Numbered from the stretch's first letter, positions 47,485 through 60,861 are shown. The stretch: DNA of 64,000 nucleotides from the human T2T-CHM13v2.0 reference genome, Homo sapiens (GCF_009914755.1 NC_060937.1); one strand, 5' to 3'. The notes: generated by a model not told the origin, from the letters alone. Translations and numbers: made by a program.

Positions 47485-48102
47485 AGCTATCACCATTCTA
47501 ATCTGTGATTCTAATGAATTTGGCTATCTTAGATACTTTATACAAGTGGAATCATACAGTTTGTCCTTCTGTGACTGTTTTACTTTACTTAGCATTAATG
47601 TCCTCTAGGTTCATCCATGTTGCATATTGACGGGCTTTCTTGTTTTAAAGCTGAATAATATTCCGTTGTATGAATATACCACATTTTCTTTATCTTTTCA
47701 TCTGCCAATAGACATTAACCTTATTCCCACATTTTAATTAGTGTAAATAATGCTGCAATGAACCTGAGAATCATCCCAATCTCCATTCTTTCAGATAAAT
47801 AACCTGAAGTGAGACTACTAGATCATATGCTAGTTCTAATTTCTTAATTTATTTGAGGAACCACCGTACTGTTTTCCATAGAGGATGCACAGTTTTACTT
47901 TCCCAGAAACACTGTAGAAGTGTTCCAATTTCTCCCCATTGTTAACACTCGTTATCTTTTTCTTTTAATAAGACCATTCTAAAGGGCTTGAGGCAATATC
48001 TCTTTGTGGTTTTGATTTGCATTTCCCTGATTAGTGATGCTGAGCATTTTTTTCATGTATCTGTTGGTCATGTGGATATTTTCTTTGGAGAAATATCTAT
48101 TG
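47485..48102 (-). mobile_element. L1MA/MB-like 3' segment nested antisense in the older L1M
   Basis: AAGTGGAATCATACAG.TTGTCCTTCTGTGACTG, TCTAGGTTCATCCATGTTG, TGTGGTTTTGATTTGCATTTCCCTGATTAGTGATGCTGAGC. Confidence 0.75.
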
Positions 48103-48104
48103 CT

Positions 48105-48300
48105 GATTTAAAAAAAAAAAACTCTCAGCAAGCTAGATAAAGAAATTTTCTCGAAGTGATGGAAAGCATCCACAACAAAACATATAAACAATACTATATT
48201 TAATGGTGAAAGCGTAAATGTTTAAACCACATAGATTAGGACAAGAAAGGGATGTGTGTGTTCATCACCTCTATTCAACATTGTACTGGTGATCCTAGAT
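48105..48300 (+). mobile_element. L1M ORF2 RT remnant, continuing the 44.5-47.4 kb element
   Basis: AAAACTCTCAGCAAGCTAG...ACAAGAAAGGGATG...CTATTCAACATTGTACTGG is homologous to KTL.KL...TRQGC...LFNIVL. Confidence 0.6.
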
Positions 48301-50516
48301 TTTGAGTATAAATATTTAGGGGACAACTATTGTCACTGAAGCCCAAATCTTGGTCATCCTCAGAAAAAAAAAAAAGTTGATTAGGTTGTATATAATCTAA
48401 TTTTACTTGCTAATTTAATTTCTCTAAAATTGCAGCTTGTATCAACTCTAGAATTTATTGGGCACCTCCTAGGACATAAACACTGGAATTTGGTGAGAGA
48501 CGTCAAATAGGAAAGAACCTGGCTCTGACATAAATTCAACACACGGAGGGGGACACATGTTATGAGACTGACCTGGCCTCTTCATCTCATAAAAGGGGTT
48601 CTTGTTGCTTGTAACACAGATTAAAACTATTTCAATTACATTCAAGATAAAAAGATTAGCAATGGTATGTAAGATGAAAAAATCACCCCGCAGGAAGACG
48701 AAAGTCTCACAAAAGGATATTTAAGCTAGCCAACACTTTGAAATTCGGGCAGAGATCGTGATTTCTGGGCGAACTAAAGTAGCAAGAACAAAGTAGAGGC
48801 TCCAATTCTAGGAAAAATGGGTCCTAATAAGGTTTACAATCCAGAAACTCAAGATATCCAGACAGAAGGATGCAGTCTCCGCTTTCAAGGCAGCAGCAGT
48901 ACCTGGATTACTAAGCCAATCCCCAACACAATCATAAACACAAATTTGATTGAGGAAGAAGCTTGCCCACCAGAAGATTTAGGTTATTACAAGGTAGAAT
49001 GTGATAGAGAAAATGAGCATGGGACTGGAAAGAAAAGGAGGTAGCCCCATGATTACAACTGGAATATATGTGTCAGCGATGGTGCGGAAATAAGACTGAA
49101 GAGAGAGATCCTTAAACCCCACGTGCCTTACATCAGGACTAATCCTGGACACAGGCTGGAAAGCATAGCCTACAGGTGGTGAGGCAGGAGGAGTGGGCTC
49201 AGCTGTGAGAAGGAGAAGGAAATATGGCTGAAAACTAGATAGGGGTCTTGAAATCACACCGAGGATTTGGGCCTTTGCTGCTGTCTGCCAGCAGCTGCCA
49301 GTAGTTCTCACACTTTGGCTGGCAACAAAATCACCTGGGGCAGTGGTGCGGAAGCGGGGGGAGTGTTGTAAAACCACAAGTGACCAGGCAAAAAACACCT
49401 GTATGTTTTCCAATTCAGTAAGTACAGAAATATTAATTGGAAAAAGGTGGAGGTCAGACATTGATAGTGCTGTGGACTGCTCCAGGGACGTAAGCATGAT
49501 CTTTAGAGAGGTGACTCTAATCAATTGAGGGCAACCACTGGACAGAAAGAGGTCCAGACCAACCATACACAGAGACATCATACAACTACTCTTTAGCAAC
49601 CTCTCCAAATAACATGTCTCTTAGTGAAACTTGGGAGGTTGAAAGTTAAAAACATAAAATCCAGTGACATTTATGTATCCTAGGCACTTACATTTGTCTG
49701 ATTCTTCCAACTTGCCTTTGCTTGGTTAGAGTTTTGGGTAGATAAGAGGTGGATTTACATGTGCTAGTGTGAGAACTTTGATACACTCATTTAGACATTG
49801 ACCTACTATCTTGTTTGAAAGCTAAAACCCAAAGAAATTTGTCTTTTTACATAAAACAAATTCAGCCCTTGCCTTCCTTGTAGATTACATCTTCCACTAG
49901 CAGTAATAAAAAAGTAACAATATGCATAAGTCAAAGTATCTTCTTAGATCCTCTGTAGTGTTTTATTATTTAGTTGTGTTAATTAAAGTAACTGTCTCAA
50001 AATTTCAAGGAATGCCTGAGAAGAAATTCATGTTCAAAGGCTGCCCTCTTGTGACAATGTGTTGTATGCTTTACTGTAAAAGTAACCTTATTTTACCTTA
50101 TAACCTCTACAATCCAATTCATAACAGCATAAAAAGGAAACAAAACCTTACATAATTTTGAATTTTAAAAAGTACCTTGTTTATATGGCTCCTTTAGCTA
50201 ATGAATAGTCAATTTGGTAAATATTCAAGTGAGTTGAAGGTTTGAATCTATCTCACTTAACTAGCTTGATGAATGTATTTCTAAACCTATACAACCCACT
50301 CCTCTGCTTTTAAAAAATTAAAGTTAGCTGTAGATTGAGATGTCAGTGACACAGTTCATAGAACATAACTTAGATTGTCATCTACATTACTGTAACTACA
50401 AATACCACCCTCAGATGGAAGAATAAGTTTTATCAGTGAACATCTCTAATTGAACTATAAATGGTGTATGTCTTCTGGTTTTTACAAGCTCTTGGTCTAA
50501 CACAGGGGATATATGA

Positions 50517-50850
<334 letters not shown>

Positions 50851-51499
50851 TAGCAGTGACTATAATGTTTTGTGATGTTAAACTTTGAGAGCTTTTTTTT
50901 TTCTTTCTTTTCCCAAGTGCCTTTCCCAGTTCCAGGAGCAGAGTTATTCTAAGCCCACTGATGTAAAGGAATAGAAAGAAAAGGTTTGTTGGAAAACCTA
51001 ATAACCTGCTTTCTGTCTTTTGTTTTTTAAAAGCTTGAGCATTTGGGAGAATTTGGAAAGATTGTGGAGTAAGTGCAAAGAAGGAATTTGCTAACAAAAA
51101 TCATATAGGGTAAAATGAGTTTTTTCCAGGTTAGAAAATATCCATTCCCCACCCTCCTACATTCCTTTCCCATGGTTAAGAAGAGGAAAAAACAAAGGCC
51201 TCTTGGTGAGCAGTGGTGACTTAGGCAGTTTCTTAGAAATATTCTAGAAGGCATAGTCATCTTTTAAAAAAAAAATAGCTACAAGGATATGTCTAAGCAG
51301 AAGGGTCCATGGGCCAAATTACGTGTAGATTTTTGCATTCCAAATATGGTAAAGAAGAAGCAGGAAGCTGGGGCTCCTTAACAGGTCACACAGAAATGGA
51401 CAAGGAAGAGGCCAGCAGCAGCTTGTGGGGACAAGATGTCAAGCCCCAAATGTTAAACCCACCAACCATCCTCCAAATTCTGGCTCTGTTTAACAAGGC

Positions 51500-51897
51500 T
51501 GTGGTCTGACACTACATGCCGCCTCAGTGACTAAAGCATAATTTCCCGTCTCCTGGGAGTGTTGACAGCTGACTCCTGGCAACAATACTCACAGCACAGT
51601 AAAGTTCCTTCATCCAAGTTCATGTCCCTTCTCAAGGCATCCCACATCCGAGAACTGCTTGGTACAGAAATATAATGGCCTGGTTTTCTTGCTCCAATTC
51701 GAGGTCATTAGGTAAACTCACCAAGATCTTGTAGAGTGGACTGCGGCCATGATAGTGATTGCATTCCAGCCGACTTCCTGCTCCACCCAATCCTATTGCT
51801 TTCACTCTTCCACAGGTGTTGGGAATATCATTTCAACCTCCTTGCATGCAAATCTCCAACTCGGAGTCGGCTTCCTAGGACACCTGACTGGTGATAT
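51500..51897 (+). mobile_element. LTR16-like ERVL LTR, degraded
   Basis: 3' motif CCCAATCCT..TGCTT...CCACAGGTGTTG...TGCATGCAAATCTCCAACTCGGAGTCGGCTTCCTAGG. Confidence 0.5.
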
Positions 51898-53204
51898 CTC
51901 TATCACTATCACAGTACTTAGAGGGGAGCATCTTAAAATGATTGAAGGCTAACTGCCCTAACAGCACAGGCAGATGATGGCTTAAAATAGAATTTAAGTG
52001 GATTTAAAAAAACATGAAAAAAGTTGACATTGCACGCTCATATGAGCTTATGGATCAAACTATGTGTATGATTTCTAAGATTCCTCGTGCAGTATATATT
52101 TGCACTGTTTATAAATGACATCCCCTTGAATTGAATTCAGTGCAATTCAAAACAGTAATTTGTGGGAAAAATTAGATATGCAGATAGCCTGGACTCTAGA
52201 GAAGCACACATCATTTGGAGAATAATAGTGAACCGGCTAGTCTATGAGGGAAGAAAACAGAGTGAATATAGACTATTAGTGAACAAGGATATTTTCCCAT
52301 GTATATTCAAATTAAGGTGAACTTCTTTAGAGAATTGTGCCTTAGAAAGAAAAAGTATTTCCCTGTATTTGAGTCCTCACAAGTTTTCCTACGATGAGTG
52401 CTTTTGTGATTATTTTGAATAACAAAGTAATATTTAAAGAAACTCTCTTGCCCTGAATGTACTTTAATTTATGTCAATTGATGTTGCATATAGAGATCAT
52501 CAGAGTCAAGCTACAAGAAAAAGAGGAACATAACTTAGCAAAGACTTAGAGGATTAGACCTAATAGTGTGAAATCAAAATTTCAAGTGAGGGAATAAATG
52601 CAGCTTTTAATGATTACTTAAATGAAGTTTAACTCTAGCAGGATCTACAAGAAATTGGCAACCTTTGGCTTCAGTAACAGAAACTCAGGATATATGCCCT
52701 TCAGTGAGTTTGCATTCTGCATCATATTGAGAGACACTCCTTTAAACAGCAATAAGAAACTTCCTGTGACAACATAATAAATTCAAAAAGTTCTGTAACT
52801 CAGACAGTTTAGATAGAAGTGATAACTTTGGCCTATAAAGCCCTGTTCACCCTAAAGATGGATTAAACAATGAAAAAGATATTGATATCAAAAGTTCAAT
52901 CAGTAATTTGATTAAAGCATTTCATTAAATGTGATAATTTCTTAGTATATTATCTTACATATGCAATATTCATGTGTAACAAATTATATACAAGTAAACA
53001 TTTGACCATATTATCTGCAGCATAATTTACATATCAATTTACATATTCAGTTTTGCTCACATGAAAACTTGGATCTTCTCAATAAGAAAATTTGTGAAAT
53101 CTTTAATTCCTCATCCCCAGGAATGTAAATAAATAAATATAAATACTGTAAGTCAGTGATTTTTTCCTAGGAAGACAGTAAAAATACTTTACACGCCTTC
53201 TCAT

Positions 53205-53701
53205 TGTAAACCTAAATAACAAACAGAGAAAGACTCTCTAAAGGAAAAAGACACATCTTAGGGAGGAGGGCACTGCAATGGGAATATGCATGACAAAGCA
53301 AACTATATAGATTCAAATGGTAAAGGAAGACAAGGTCTTTAAAAGAAAAATGATCAACCTGGAAGTATGGGGGAGTAGAAAAAAATAAATAAGGGAAAAT
53401 GAAGAGGCTTCTATAATTGTTTTGATATAGTTACCTTTGACTATAAAGATCAACAACAAGGTCAATATCAGTTGAAGTTTGGGCAGGCGGTTGCTGGATA
53501 GATGTCCTCACAGAAGTGTATTTTGTGTAAGGTTGCTATGGCCTTTGTGCAAGGTTGTGGTTTTTGTGGTATTTTGTAATAGTTTTTATCAGGCCTAGAA
53601 GCATGAGAACCCTCTCTTCAAGGCCTTCTCTGAATCTATTTGTTCAGGTTTCTTCTTCTCTTTTTAAACATTAGTGACAGTTTTGATTCTGATAACTTTC
53701 A
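53205..53701 (-). mobile_element. ERV1 solo LTR (MER67-like)
   Basis: Minus strand begins TGAAAGTTATCAGAATCAAAA and ends TTTACA; GAAGAGAGGGTTCTCATGC motif; ~500 bp. Confidence 0.6.
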
Positions 53702-53960
53702 TATCATGATCCCTAATTTCAAAAAAAATTAAACGTGTAACTTATTTATGATGTATTTGATAGGCTTGGATTTGTGAATCACCTCTACTATCTATAGTGG
53801 TAGATATATCTGAGCCTGCTTACACAGCACTTCCATCAGATTCTCTCTTCAGTGGAATTGGAAGAGGGGGTTTTGGAGAAGGGAATGAAGGAATTGTGCT
53901 GCATCAGAGGTCCCCACCTAACAGCACAGGGCCTTTTTCTGTGCTCTTGCCAGGCCGTTG

Positions 53961-54007
53961 TATTGGCTGATGCAAAAGTAATTTTGGTTTTGTCATTGAA
54001 AGTAATG
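53961..54007 (+). mobile_element. Partial MADE1 (mariner MITE)
   Basis: TATTGGCTGATGCAAAAGTAATTTTGGTTTTGTCATTGAAAGTAATG matches the left TIR and centre of MADE1; right arm missing. Confidence 0.55.
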
Positions 54008-54421
54008 AGACCATCTGACTTACAATGTCTGTGCCATAACCAGCTCCTAATAGCCTCCGAGGACAGCTTTGCCCTGACATATACTGTCCTGGGACCACGT
54101 CTGCTTTGTAACTCTTGAGGTAGCTGCCACCATGACCAATGCCTTCTCATCTTTACTCTACATGCAGGTAACAATTATAATTATATCTCTGTGTATTCAC
54201 AGAACATTTAGTACATCTGGGACTTCTACAAAATTTCCCTAGCTGATTTTGGTGTTCTGGGGTACTGGCAGCTCTAGCCATGAAGGGATGATGCTTTATC
54301 AGCATTTCTGTTGAGTTTTTTGCTTTTTCTCAAAAACTGATTCCACTTTTCCCAAATACGTTTGACAATTCATTTGAACTCATTTATTCTAAACCCATTA
54401 TTTCTGGTCTATTATTTAATA

Positions 54422-54590
54422 GGAAGGGAGGCGAGGGATAAAAGATTACAAATAGGGTGCAGTGTACACTGCTCGGGTGATGGGTGCACCCAAATCTCAC
54501 AAATCTCCAGTAAAGAACTTACCCATGGAACCAAATACCACCGTACCCCAATAACCTATGGAAAAAAATAAAAAATAAAGTAAAAAAGAG
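54422..54590 (+). mobile_element. L1PB-like 3' end with A tail
   Basis: GAGGGATAAAAGA.TACAAATAGGGTGCAGTGTACACTGCTCGGGTGATGGGTGCAC..AAATCTCACAAATC...AATAACCTATGGAAAAAAATAAAAA. Confidence 0.8.
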
Positions 54591-54869
54591 TCAGAAAGAA
54601 AGAAAATAATCACTGTACTTCCCAAGACACTTAGAAATGGTGACTAGCATTATTTGTAAGTGTCACCTAATAATATTATTATTTTTTCTTTATGCTACAA
54701 ACTAGCTCTGCTATTACAATCACTACTATTTGAAGTGTTACTAAATTAAATTAAATCTATTGTATCCTTCTGGACTCAGAAATGGGGGTAAATGCTAAGA
54801 CAATTTCAGAATATGATCACATATTAAAAGCATATTATATGGGGAAAATTTGATTTTTAAAAAATAGAA

Positions 54870-55184
54870 ATTGGTAGAGAAACAATTTTTGGGTCTTTAA
54901 TTTACGCACATTTTGCAAGTATGGACGCTGAATTTATTGTTCCAAATGATTGTTTTCAAGCATGTTTGTATAGAAAACAGCCTTGGAATAGAAAACCAGT
55001 ACCTCCTTCTGGAACAAAGGAAAAGTTTATTTACTGTCTAGTATAATGCAGATAATTTCTCCCTCTTGGGAAGCATACAGCCAAGTGAACTTCCAATAAC
55101 ACAAGTTGGGGTTTCTTGAGCTTGGGTTTTTCTTCCACAGTGTAATGTGCAGGTGCCACTTGGCTCTCTTTGTGTTATCCTGCG
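54870..55184 (+). mobile_element. Partial LTR (MER77/MER68/MER21 group)
   Basis: AACAGCCTTGGAA...CCTTCTGGAACAAAGG...TTACTGTCTAGTATAAT..AGATAAT.TCTCCCTC. Confidence 0.4.
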
Positions 55185-55981
55185 AAAGCTGATGGCTATA
55201 AGTGCATGTGTTTATTTTGGGGTTCTCTATTATGTTTCATTGGTCTTTGTGTCTGTTTTCATATCAGTACCATGTTATTTTGTCTACTGTGGCCTTAGGG
55301 TATAGTATGAAGTCAAGTAATGTGATGTCTCCAGCTTTGTTCTTCTTGCTTAGATTTCCTTTCGTTGTCTGGGCTCTTTAAAAATCCATATGAAATTTAG
55401 AATATTTTTTTTTCTGATTCTGTGAAAAACGACATTGGTTGTTTCATAGGAATAGTGTTGAATGTGTAGATTGCTTTTGGCAGTATAGCCATTTTAACAA
55501 TATTGATCTTTCTAATCCATGAGCATGGAATGGTTTTCCATTTGTTTCGAGATCTATGATTTCTTTCTGCAGTGTTTTGTAGTTCTCCTTTTAGATATCC
55601 TTTACCTCCTTGGTTAGACATATTCTTCCTTTATTTTATTTTATTTTGGGGGTTGCTGTTGTAAACAGGATTGCACTCTTGATTTACCTTTCAGTTTAAA
55701 CATTTTTGGTGAACAGAAATGCTACTTCTTTTTATATGTTGTTTTTTTTATCCTGAAAGTTTGCTGAAGTTTTTTTTATCAGTTCTAGGAGCCTTTTGGC
55801 ACAGTCTTTAGGGATTTCTAGGTGTAGAATCATATCATCAGTGAAGAGAGATAATTTGACTTCATTTCCTATTTGGATGCTTTTTATCGCTTTCTCTTGC
55901 CTGCTTGCTCTGGTTAGGACTTGTTAAACAGGAGTGGGGAGAACAGGCATCCCTATTTTATTCCTGTTCATAAGGGGAATG
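55185..55981 (-). mobile_element. Older primate L1 (L1PB/L1MA-like) ORF2 segment, cut by the HML-1 LTR
   Basis: Antisense [36 protein letters not shown]; homology stops at GGGGAATG immediately before TGTTGGGAG. Confidence 0.85.
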
Positions 55982-56268
55982 TGTTGGGAGAAAAGCTGAG
56001 TGTTGGAAGAGAAGCTGAGGCAGGGCCATATGTTTCTCATTCACTTGATACACCATTTCCTTTCAACCCCCACATCCTCACCACCTGTTTCTTTGTTTGA
56101 GCACCAACAAATAGCGTGGGCTCCCAGAGCTTGGGGACTTTGCAGACTCCATACTCGTGATGGTCTCCTGGTCCCGCTTTCTCTCTCAAACTGTCTTTTT
56201 CTCATTCCTTTGACTCTGCCGGACTTCATCACCCCCATGACCTAGTGTTGGGTCTGATCACACCAACA
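55982..56268 (+). mobile_element. 5' LTR of a HERV-K(HML-1)/HERVK14 provirus (LTR14-type)
   Basis: TG...CA ends (TGTTGGGAGAAAAGCTGAG...CCAACA), a 19-bp tandem repeat at the start, followed by a PBS. Confidence 0.8.
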
Positions 56269-56272
56269 TTCC

Positions 56273-56290
56273 TGGCGCCCAACATGGGGT
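56273..56290 (+). promoter_or_regulatory. Primer-binding site, tRNA-Lys type
   Basis: TGGCGCCCAACATGGGGT (canonical TGGCGCCCAACGTGGGGC), 4 nt after the LTR. Confidence 0.88.
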
Positions 56291-56369
56291 GACAAAGACC
56301 TGGTGAAGGAAGGCTAGAGCATATGAAAGCAGAGGACACATCATCAAAAGACACCCGAGGACATACAAA

Positions 56370-57900
56370 GATGGGGAGTGAAAGTTAGTACTTAGAATTT
56401 GTTATTACTCTTTAGTACAGTAAAGCAGTTTTGCCCATGGTTTCCAGAACAAAGGACTATGAAGTTGGATGAATGGGAGAGAATTGGAAGAGATTTTTAA
56501 TAGGCATATAAAGATGGAGCAGAAATTCCAGTTTATATATGGTCAGTGTGGGCACTAATAAAGGCAGCCCTTGAGCCATTTCAAACAGATGATGAGGCAG
56601 ATTCAGATGAGGAAGAGGAGGATGAGTGTAAAAAACTAACTTCAAATTCTGAGTGTGAGGAGCAGCTACCGGAGGAGATTAAAGAAAAGAAAGAAAAACT
56701 TTAAAAAGTATGTTTTACTAGCCCGTTGGCTCCACCTGCTGAATTAAGTGAATGGCCACCTCCTCTCTCTCCCCTAAATGGGTGAGAAAATAAATTAGCT
56801 GAAAAACTTACTGCTCCTGTAGTTACAACATTAAAACCTGGAGCAGTTGGTGGTGCTAGACAAAATTCTATTCAAAAAGCTAAAGCCAAGGGAGACCTTG
56901 AAGCATGGCTATTTCCCATTACTATAATCCAGCAAGTAGGACAGAATATAGCTAATTAGCCTGCTTTTTCTTCTAAGTTACTAAAGAATTTAAGCAAGCC
57001 ATTAGTCAATATGGACTGAACTGTCTTTTTGTGCAATCTTTATTAAAAAATATGGCTCTTGATAATACATTACTACCATATAATTAGGATACTTTGACAA
57101 AACCTGTTCTCACTCCATCTCAGTACTTGCAGTTTAAAACTTGGTAGGCTGATGAACTCAAACTCAGGCAAAAGAAAACACACACGTGCAGCCACCTGTG
57201 CCTGTTTTCTTTGATCAGTTAATATGAGTTGGCCCTAACTGGGGTTGATTAGAGAATCAAGCAGTAATGGAAGATGTTGCCATTATTCAGCTGTGCTTCA
57301 TGTGCTTACATGCATAGAAAAGGATAAATGTTACAGGGGAAAAGTATCCTTATTTAAGTTCTGTCTGACAAGGACCTAAAGAACCATATATTAATTCTAT
57401 TGCTCAGCTCCAAGAGGCTGTGTATAAAGCCGTAAATGATCAAAACAGCTCAGGATGTTGTAATACAGCTTCTTGCATACAATAATGCTAATGCAGAGTG
57501 TCAAACTGCTATTAGATATCTGAGAGAGAAGGCTCATTTAACTAAATATATTAAGTCTTGCGATGGCATTGGAGGTAACTTACATAAGGCTATTCTTTTA
57601 GCTCAGGCTATGGCTAGATTAAGAGTAAGAAAAAATATGCTTCATTTCTCAGGCTCTTGCCTTAATTGTGGGCAAATTGGACACAAGAAAGGAATGTAGA
57701 AAGGAATTCAAAAGACGAAAACTACTACCATGAATCAACAGAAAAGACCCAGTGTATGTCCCTGGTGTAAGAAAGGCAATCACTAGGCAAGTCCGTGTCA
57801 TTCTAAATTTAGCAAAGATAGACAACCTCTTTGAGGAAATAGGAAGAGGGACCCGCCTCAAGCCCCTCAACAAACTGAGGCATACCCAGCACAGCCACTG
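56370..57900 (+). pseudogene. gag: HML-1 gag, N-terminally deleted, many stops
   Basis: MA motifs GVKVST and QFCPWFPEQ.T....WERIG; MHR QGPKEPY at ~57367; NC knuckles CLNCGQIGH and CPWCKKGNH. Confidence 0.88.
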
Positions 57901-58045
57901 CCCTTACAAATGTACAGCAATTGTCCCCCGCCTCAGCAAGCAGTGCTGCTGTAGACCTCTACAGCACAATTCCCATCTCCTTACTTCCTGGGGAGCCACG
58001 AAAGAAGGTCCCCACAGGAGTTAGGGCACCCTTACCCTGAGGAAC
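57835..58045 (+). pseudogene. pro: HML-1 pro (dUTPase N-terminal part), cut by the MER9 LTR
   Basis: SAAVDL..TIPISLLPGEP.KKVPTGV..PLP dUTPase-like motif ends abruptly at 58045. Confidence 0.75.
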
Positions 58046-58492
58046 TGTTGGGAACAAGCACCCCCAAATCCGGCCATAAACTGGCCCCAAAACTGGCCAT
58101 AAACAAAATCTCTGCAGCACTGTGACATGTTCTTGATGGCCATAACACCCACGCTGGAAGGTTGTGGGTTTACCAGAATGAGGACAAGGAATACCTGGCC
58201 CGTCCAGGGTGGAAAACCACTTAAAGGCATTCTTAAGCCACAAACAATAGCATGAGTGATCTGTGCCTTAAGAATAAGGGATACTTTTAGTTAATCTAAT
58301 ATCTATAGAAACAATGCTAATGACTGGCTTGCTGTTAATAAATACGTGGGTAAATCTCTGTTCAGGGCTCTCAGCTCTGAAGGCTGTGAGACCCCTGATT
58401 TCCCACTTCACACCTCTATATTTCAGTGTGTGTGTCTTTAATTCCTCTAGTGCTGCTGGGTTAGGGTCTCCCCAACCGACCTGGTCTCAGCA
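58046..58492 (+). mobile_element. 5' LTR of a HERV-K(HML-3)/HERVK9 provirus (MER9)
   Basis: TGTTGGGAACAAGC.CCCCCAAATC.GGCCATAAACTGGCCCCAAAACTGGCCATAAACAAAATCTCTGCAGC start; AATAAA at ~58337; ends GGTCTCAGCA. Confidence 0.88.
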
Positions 58493-58494
58493 AG

Positions 58495-58512
58495 TGGTGC
58501 CCATTCATGGGG
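58495..58512 (+). promoter_or_regulatory. Degenerate tRNA-Lys primer-binding site
   Basis: TGGTGCCCATTCATGGGG, 2 nt after the LTR end. Confidence 0.7.
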
Positions 58513-58643
58513 GCTCGAATACAGGTCAAAGGATCGCTGGAGCAACGATTGGAGAATGTGGAACTAGCTGGAGGACATCCGAGTACTCTTAAAACAATCC
58601 CCGTGGTGAGTCAGAAGGGGAGCTCGGAAGCATCATGGTAACA

Positions 58644-59960
58644 ATGGGACAAGTGTGGGCTGTGGTTCGTTCTACCTTGGAACTTTTTCACACTGATAAT
58701 GAGGAGGAAGGAGAGTATAACAAAGTAACAGTAGAGGTTACAGACCAGGTTTATTTGCCACCTAAAGCTAAAGCAGAAAAGGAGGGAGAGGTTCATCCCT
58801 ACCCTTCTGCACCCCCACATTATTATTTTGAAGAAAACGACCCTCCAGATCTTTCTTTTCTGGAGGACACTGGGTGAAAAGTAGTTGCCCTGGTGACTGT
58901 TCGAGCACCGCCTTGAGCGACTGCTTAGTTCTATTCAGGCAGGAATTCAGCAAGCTAGACAAAAGTGAGATTTAGAGGCTTGGCAGTTCCCTGTTTGAAT
59001 ACACCCCCCAGATCAACAGGGAAATATTATAGCTACATTTGAATCTTTTCCTTTTAAATTACTCAAAAAAATTAAACAAGCTATAAATCAGTATGGACCA
59101 GGTTCTCCTTTTGAAATGGGACTGTTAAAGAATGTTGCTGTTTCCAGTCGGATGATTCCTACTGACTGGGACACTCTTACTCTAGCTTGTCTAACTCCTG
59201 CTCAGTTCTTACAATTTAAAACTTAGTGGGCAGATGAAGCTTCCATTCAGGCTGCTCGCAATGCCTGGGCCCAACCTCAAATTAATATAACTGCAGACCA
59301 ACTTTTGGGGGTTGGTGGCTGGGCTGGTTTACATGCACAAGTAGTCAAGCAGGATGATGCCATAGAACAGCTTAGAGGAGTGTGCATTAGAGCTTGGAAA
59401 AAATCACTTTATATGGAGAACAATACCCTTCATTTAGTGCTATAAAACAGGGACCAAGAGAACCATATGTGCATTTTATAGCTTGGTTACAGGAGTCTCT
59501 TAAAAAGATGATTGCAGATTTGGCTGCTTAGGATATAGTGTTGCAGTTTTTAGTTTTGACAATGCTAATCCCTATTGCCAGGCTGCTCTGCGACCTATCA
59601 GAGGGAAAGCACATTTAGTTGATTATAACAAGGCCTGTGATGATATCAGAGATAATCTACATAAAGCTACTTTGTTGGCACAGGCGATGGCAGGACTGAG
59701 AGTGGATAAAGGAAATACTCTATTTCCTGGAGCTTGTTTTAACTGTGGGAAGCATGGTCATACTAAAAAGAATGTAAAAAAAAAAATCAGCAAGTCAGGC
59801 CACCAGATAGGTGAAAAAAGAAAACTGCTGATCCTGAAATATGTCTAAAATGTAAAAAAGGAAAACTTTGGGCTAATCAGTGTCACTCTAAGTTTGATAA
59901 AGAAGGGAACCCGATTTTGGGAAACTCCCTGGGGGGCCCATTCCAGGCCCTGTTCTAAAC
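58644..59960 (+). pseudogene. gag: HML-3 gag, disabled
   Basis: MGQVWAVVRSTLELFHTD start; PSAPP late-domain-like motif; MHR IKQGPREPYVHFIAWLQE (~59442); CFNCGKHGH knuckle; in-frame stops. Confidence 0.9.
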
Positions 59961-60861
59961 AAGGGCATTTCCAGCTCAGGCCATTCCCTCACTCCCGTAC
60001 ATTATCTGTCCCCCACCATAGCCCATAGTGCCGCAGTAGATTTATGCTGCACAAAAGCTGTGAGCCTTCTGCCTGGGGAACCCCCGCAAAAGGTCCCAAC
60101 AGGAGTCTGTGGACCGTTGCGAGCAGGGACAATGGGATTACTTTTAGGAAGGTCTAGTTTAAGTTTAAAAGGGGTACAAATACACATGGAGTCATTGATT
60201 CAGATTACAATGAGGAAATTCAAATTGTGATATTTAGTTCTGTTCCCTGGAAAGCACAGCCAGGAGTGGGCATAGCACAGCTCCTGAGTGTGAAGTATGT
60301 GGGAATGGGAAAAAGTGAAATTAAATGAACTGGAGGATTTGGAAGCACAAATAAAAAAGGCAAGGCAGCTTATTGGGTAAATCAAATTACTGATAAACAT
60401 CCTATCTGTGAAATAACTATCCAGGGAAAGAACTTTAAAGGTTTGGTAGATACAATTTTTTTTTTTTTGGTAGGAGTGGACATTTCAATCATTTCTCTAC
60501 AGCACTGGCCGTCCATGTGGCCAATTCAGCCCACTCAATTTAACACAGTGGAAACTGCTAAAGCCCCAGAAGTGTATCAAAGTAGCTATATTTTGCATTG
60601 TGAAGGGACCGATGGACAACCTGGGACTGTTCAACCAATTGCAACTTCTGTACCTATAAATTTATGGGGGAGAGATTTATTATGACAATGGGGAGCACAA
60701 GTTCTAATTCCATAGCAATTATACAGCCCTCAAAGTCAACATATGATGCACGAAATGGGGCATGTCCCTGGTATAGGAGTAGAAAAAAATTGCAAGGTTT
60801 GAAAGAACTGCTTCAAACGGAAAGACAAAGTTCCTGCCAAAGATTAGGATACCATTTTTGA
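59919..60861 (+). pseudogene. pro: HML-3 pro (dUTPase and aspartic protease), disabled
   Basis: GGGAAAC slippery site at 59919-59925; SLLPGEPPQKVPTG and GLLLGRSSL; protease GLVDT/GVDISIIS and PINLWGRDLL. Confidence 0.9.

Noticed and set aside
48979-49608. 209-aa minus-strand ORF
   Set aside because: No recognisable domain, likely non-ATG start in the track, overlaps a MER5-like fragment near 49300, and no supporting gene structure.
58495-58525. tRNA-like sequence (GGGGCTCGAA) after the MER9 LTR
   Set aside because: It is the retroviral primer-binding site complementary to the tRNA-Lys 3' end, not a tRNA gene.
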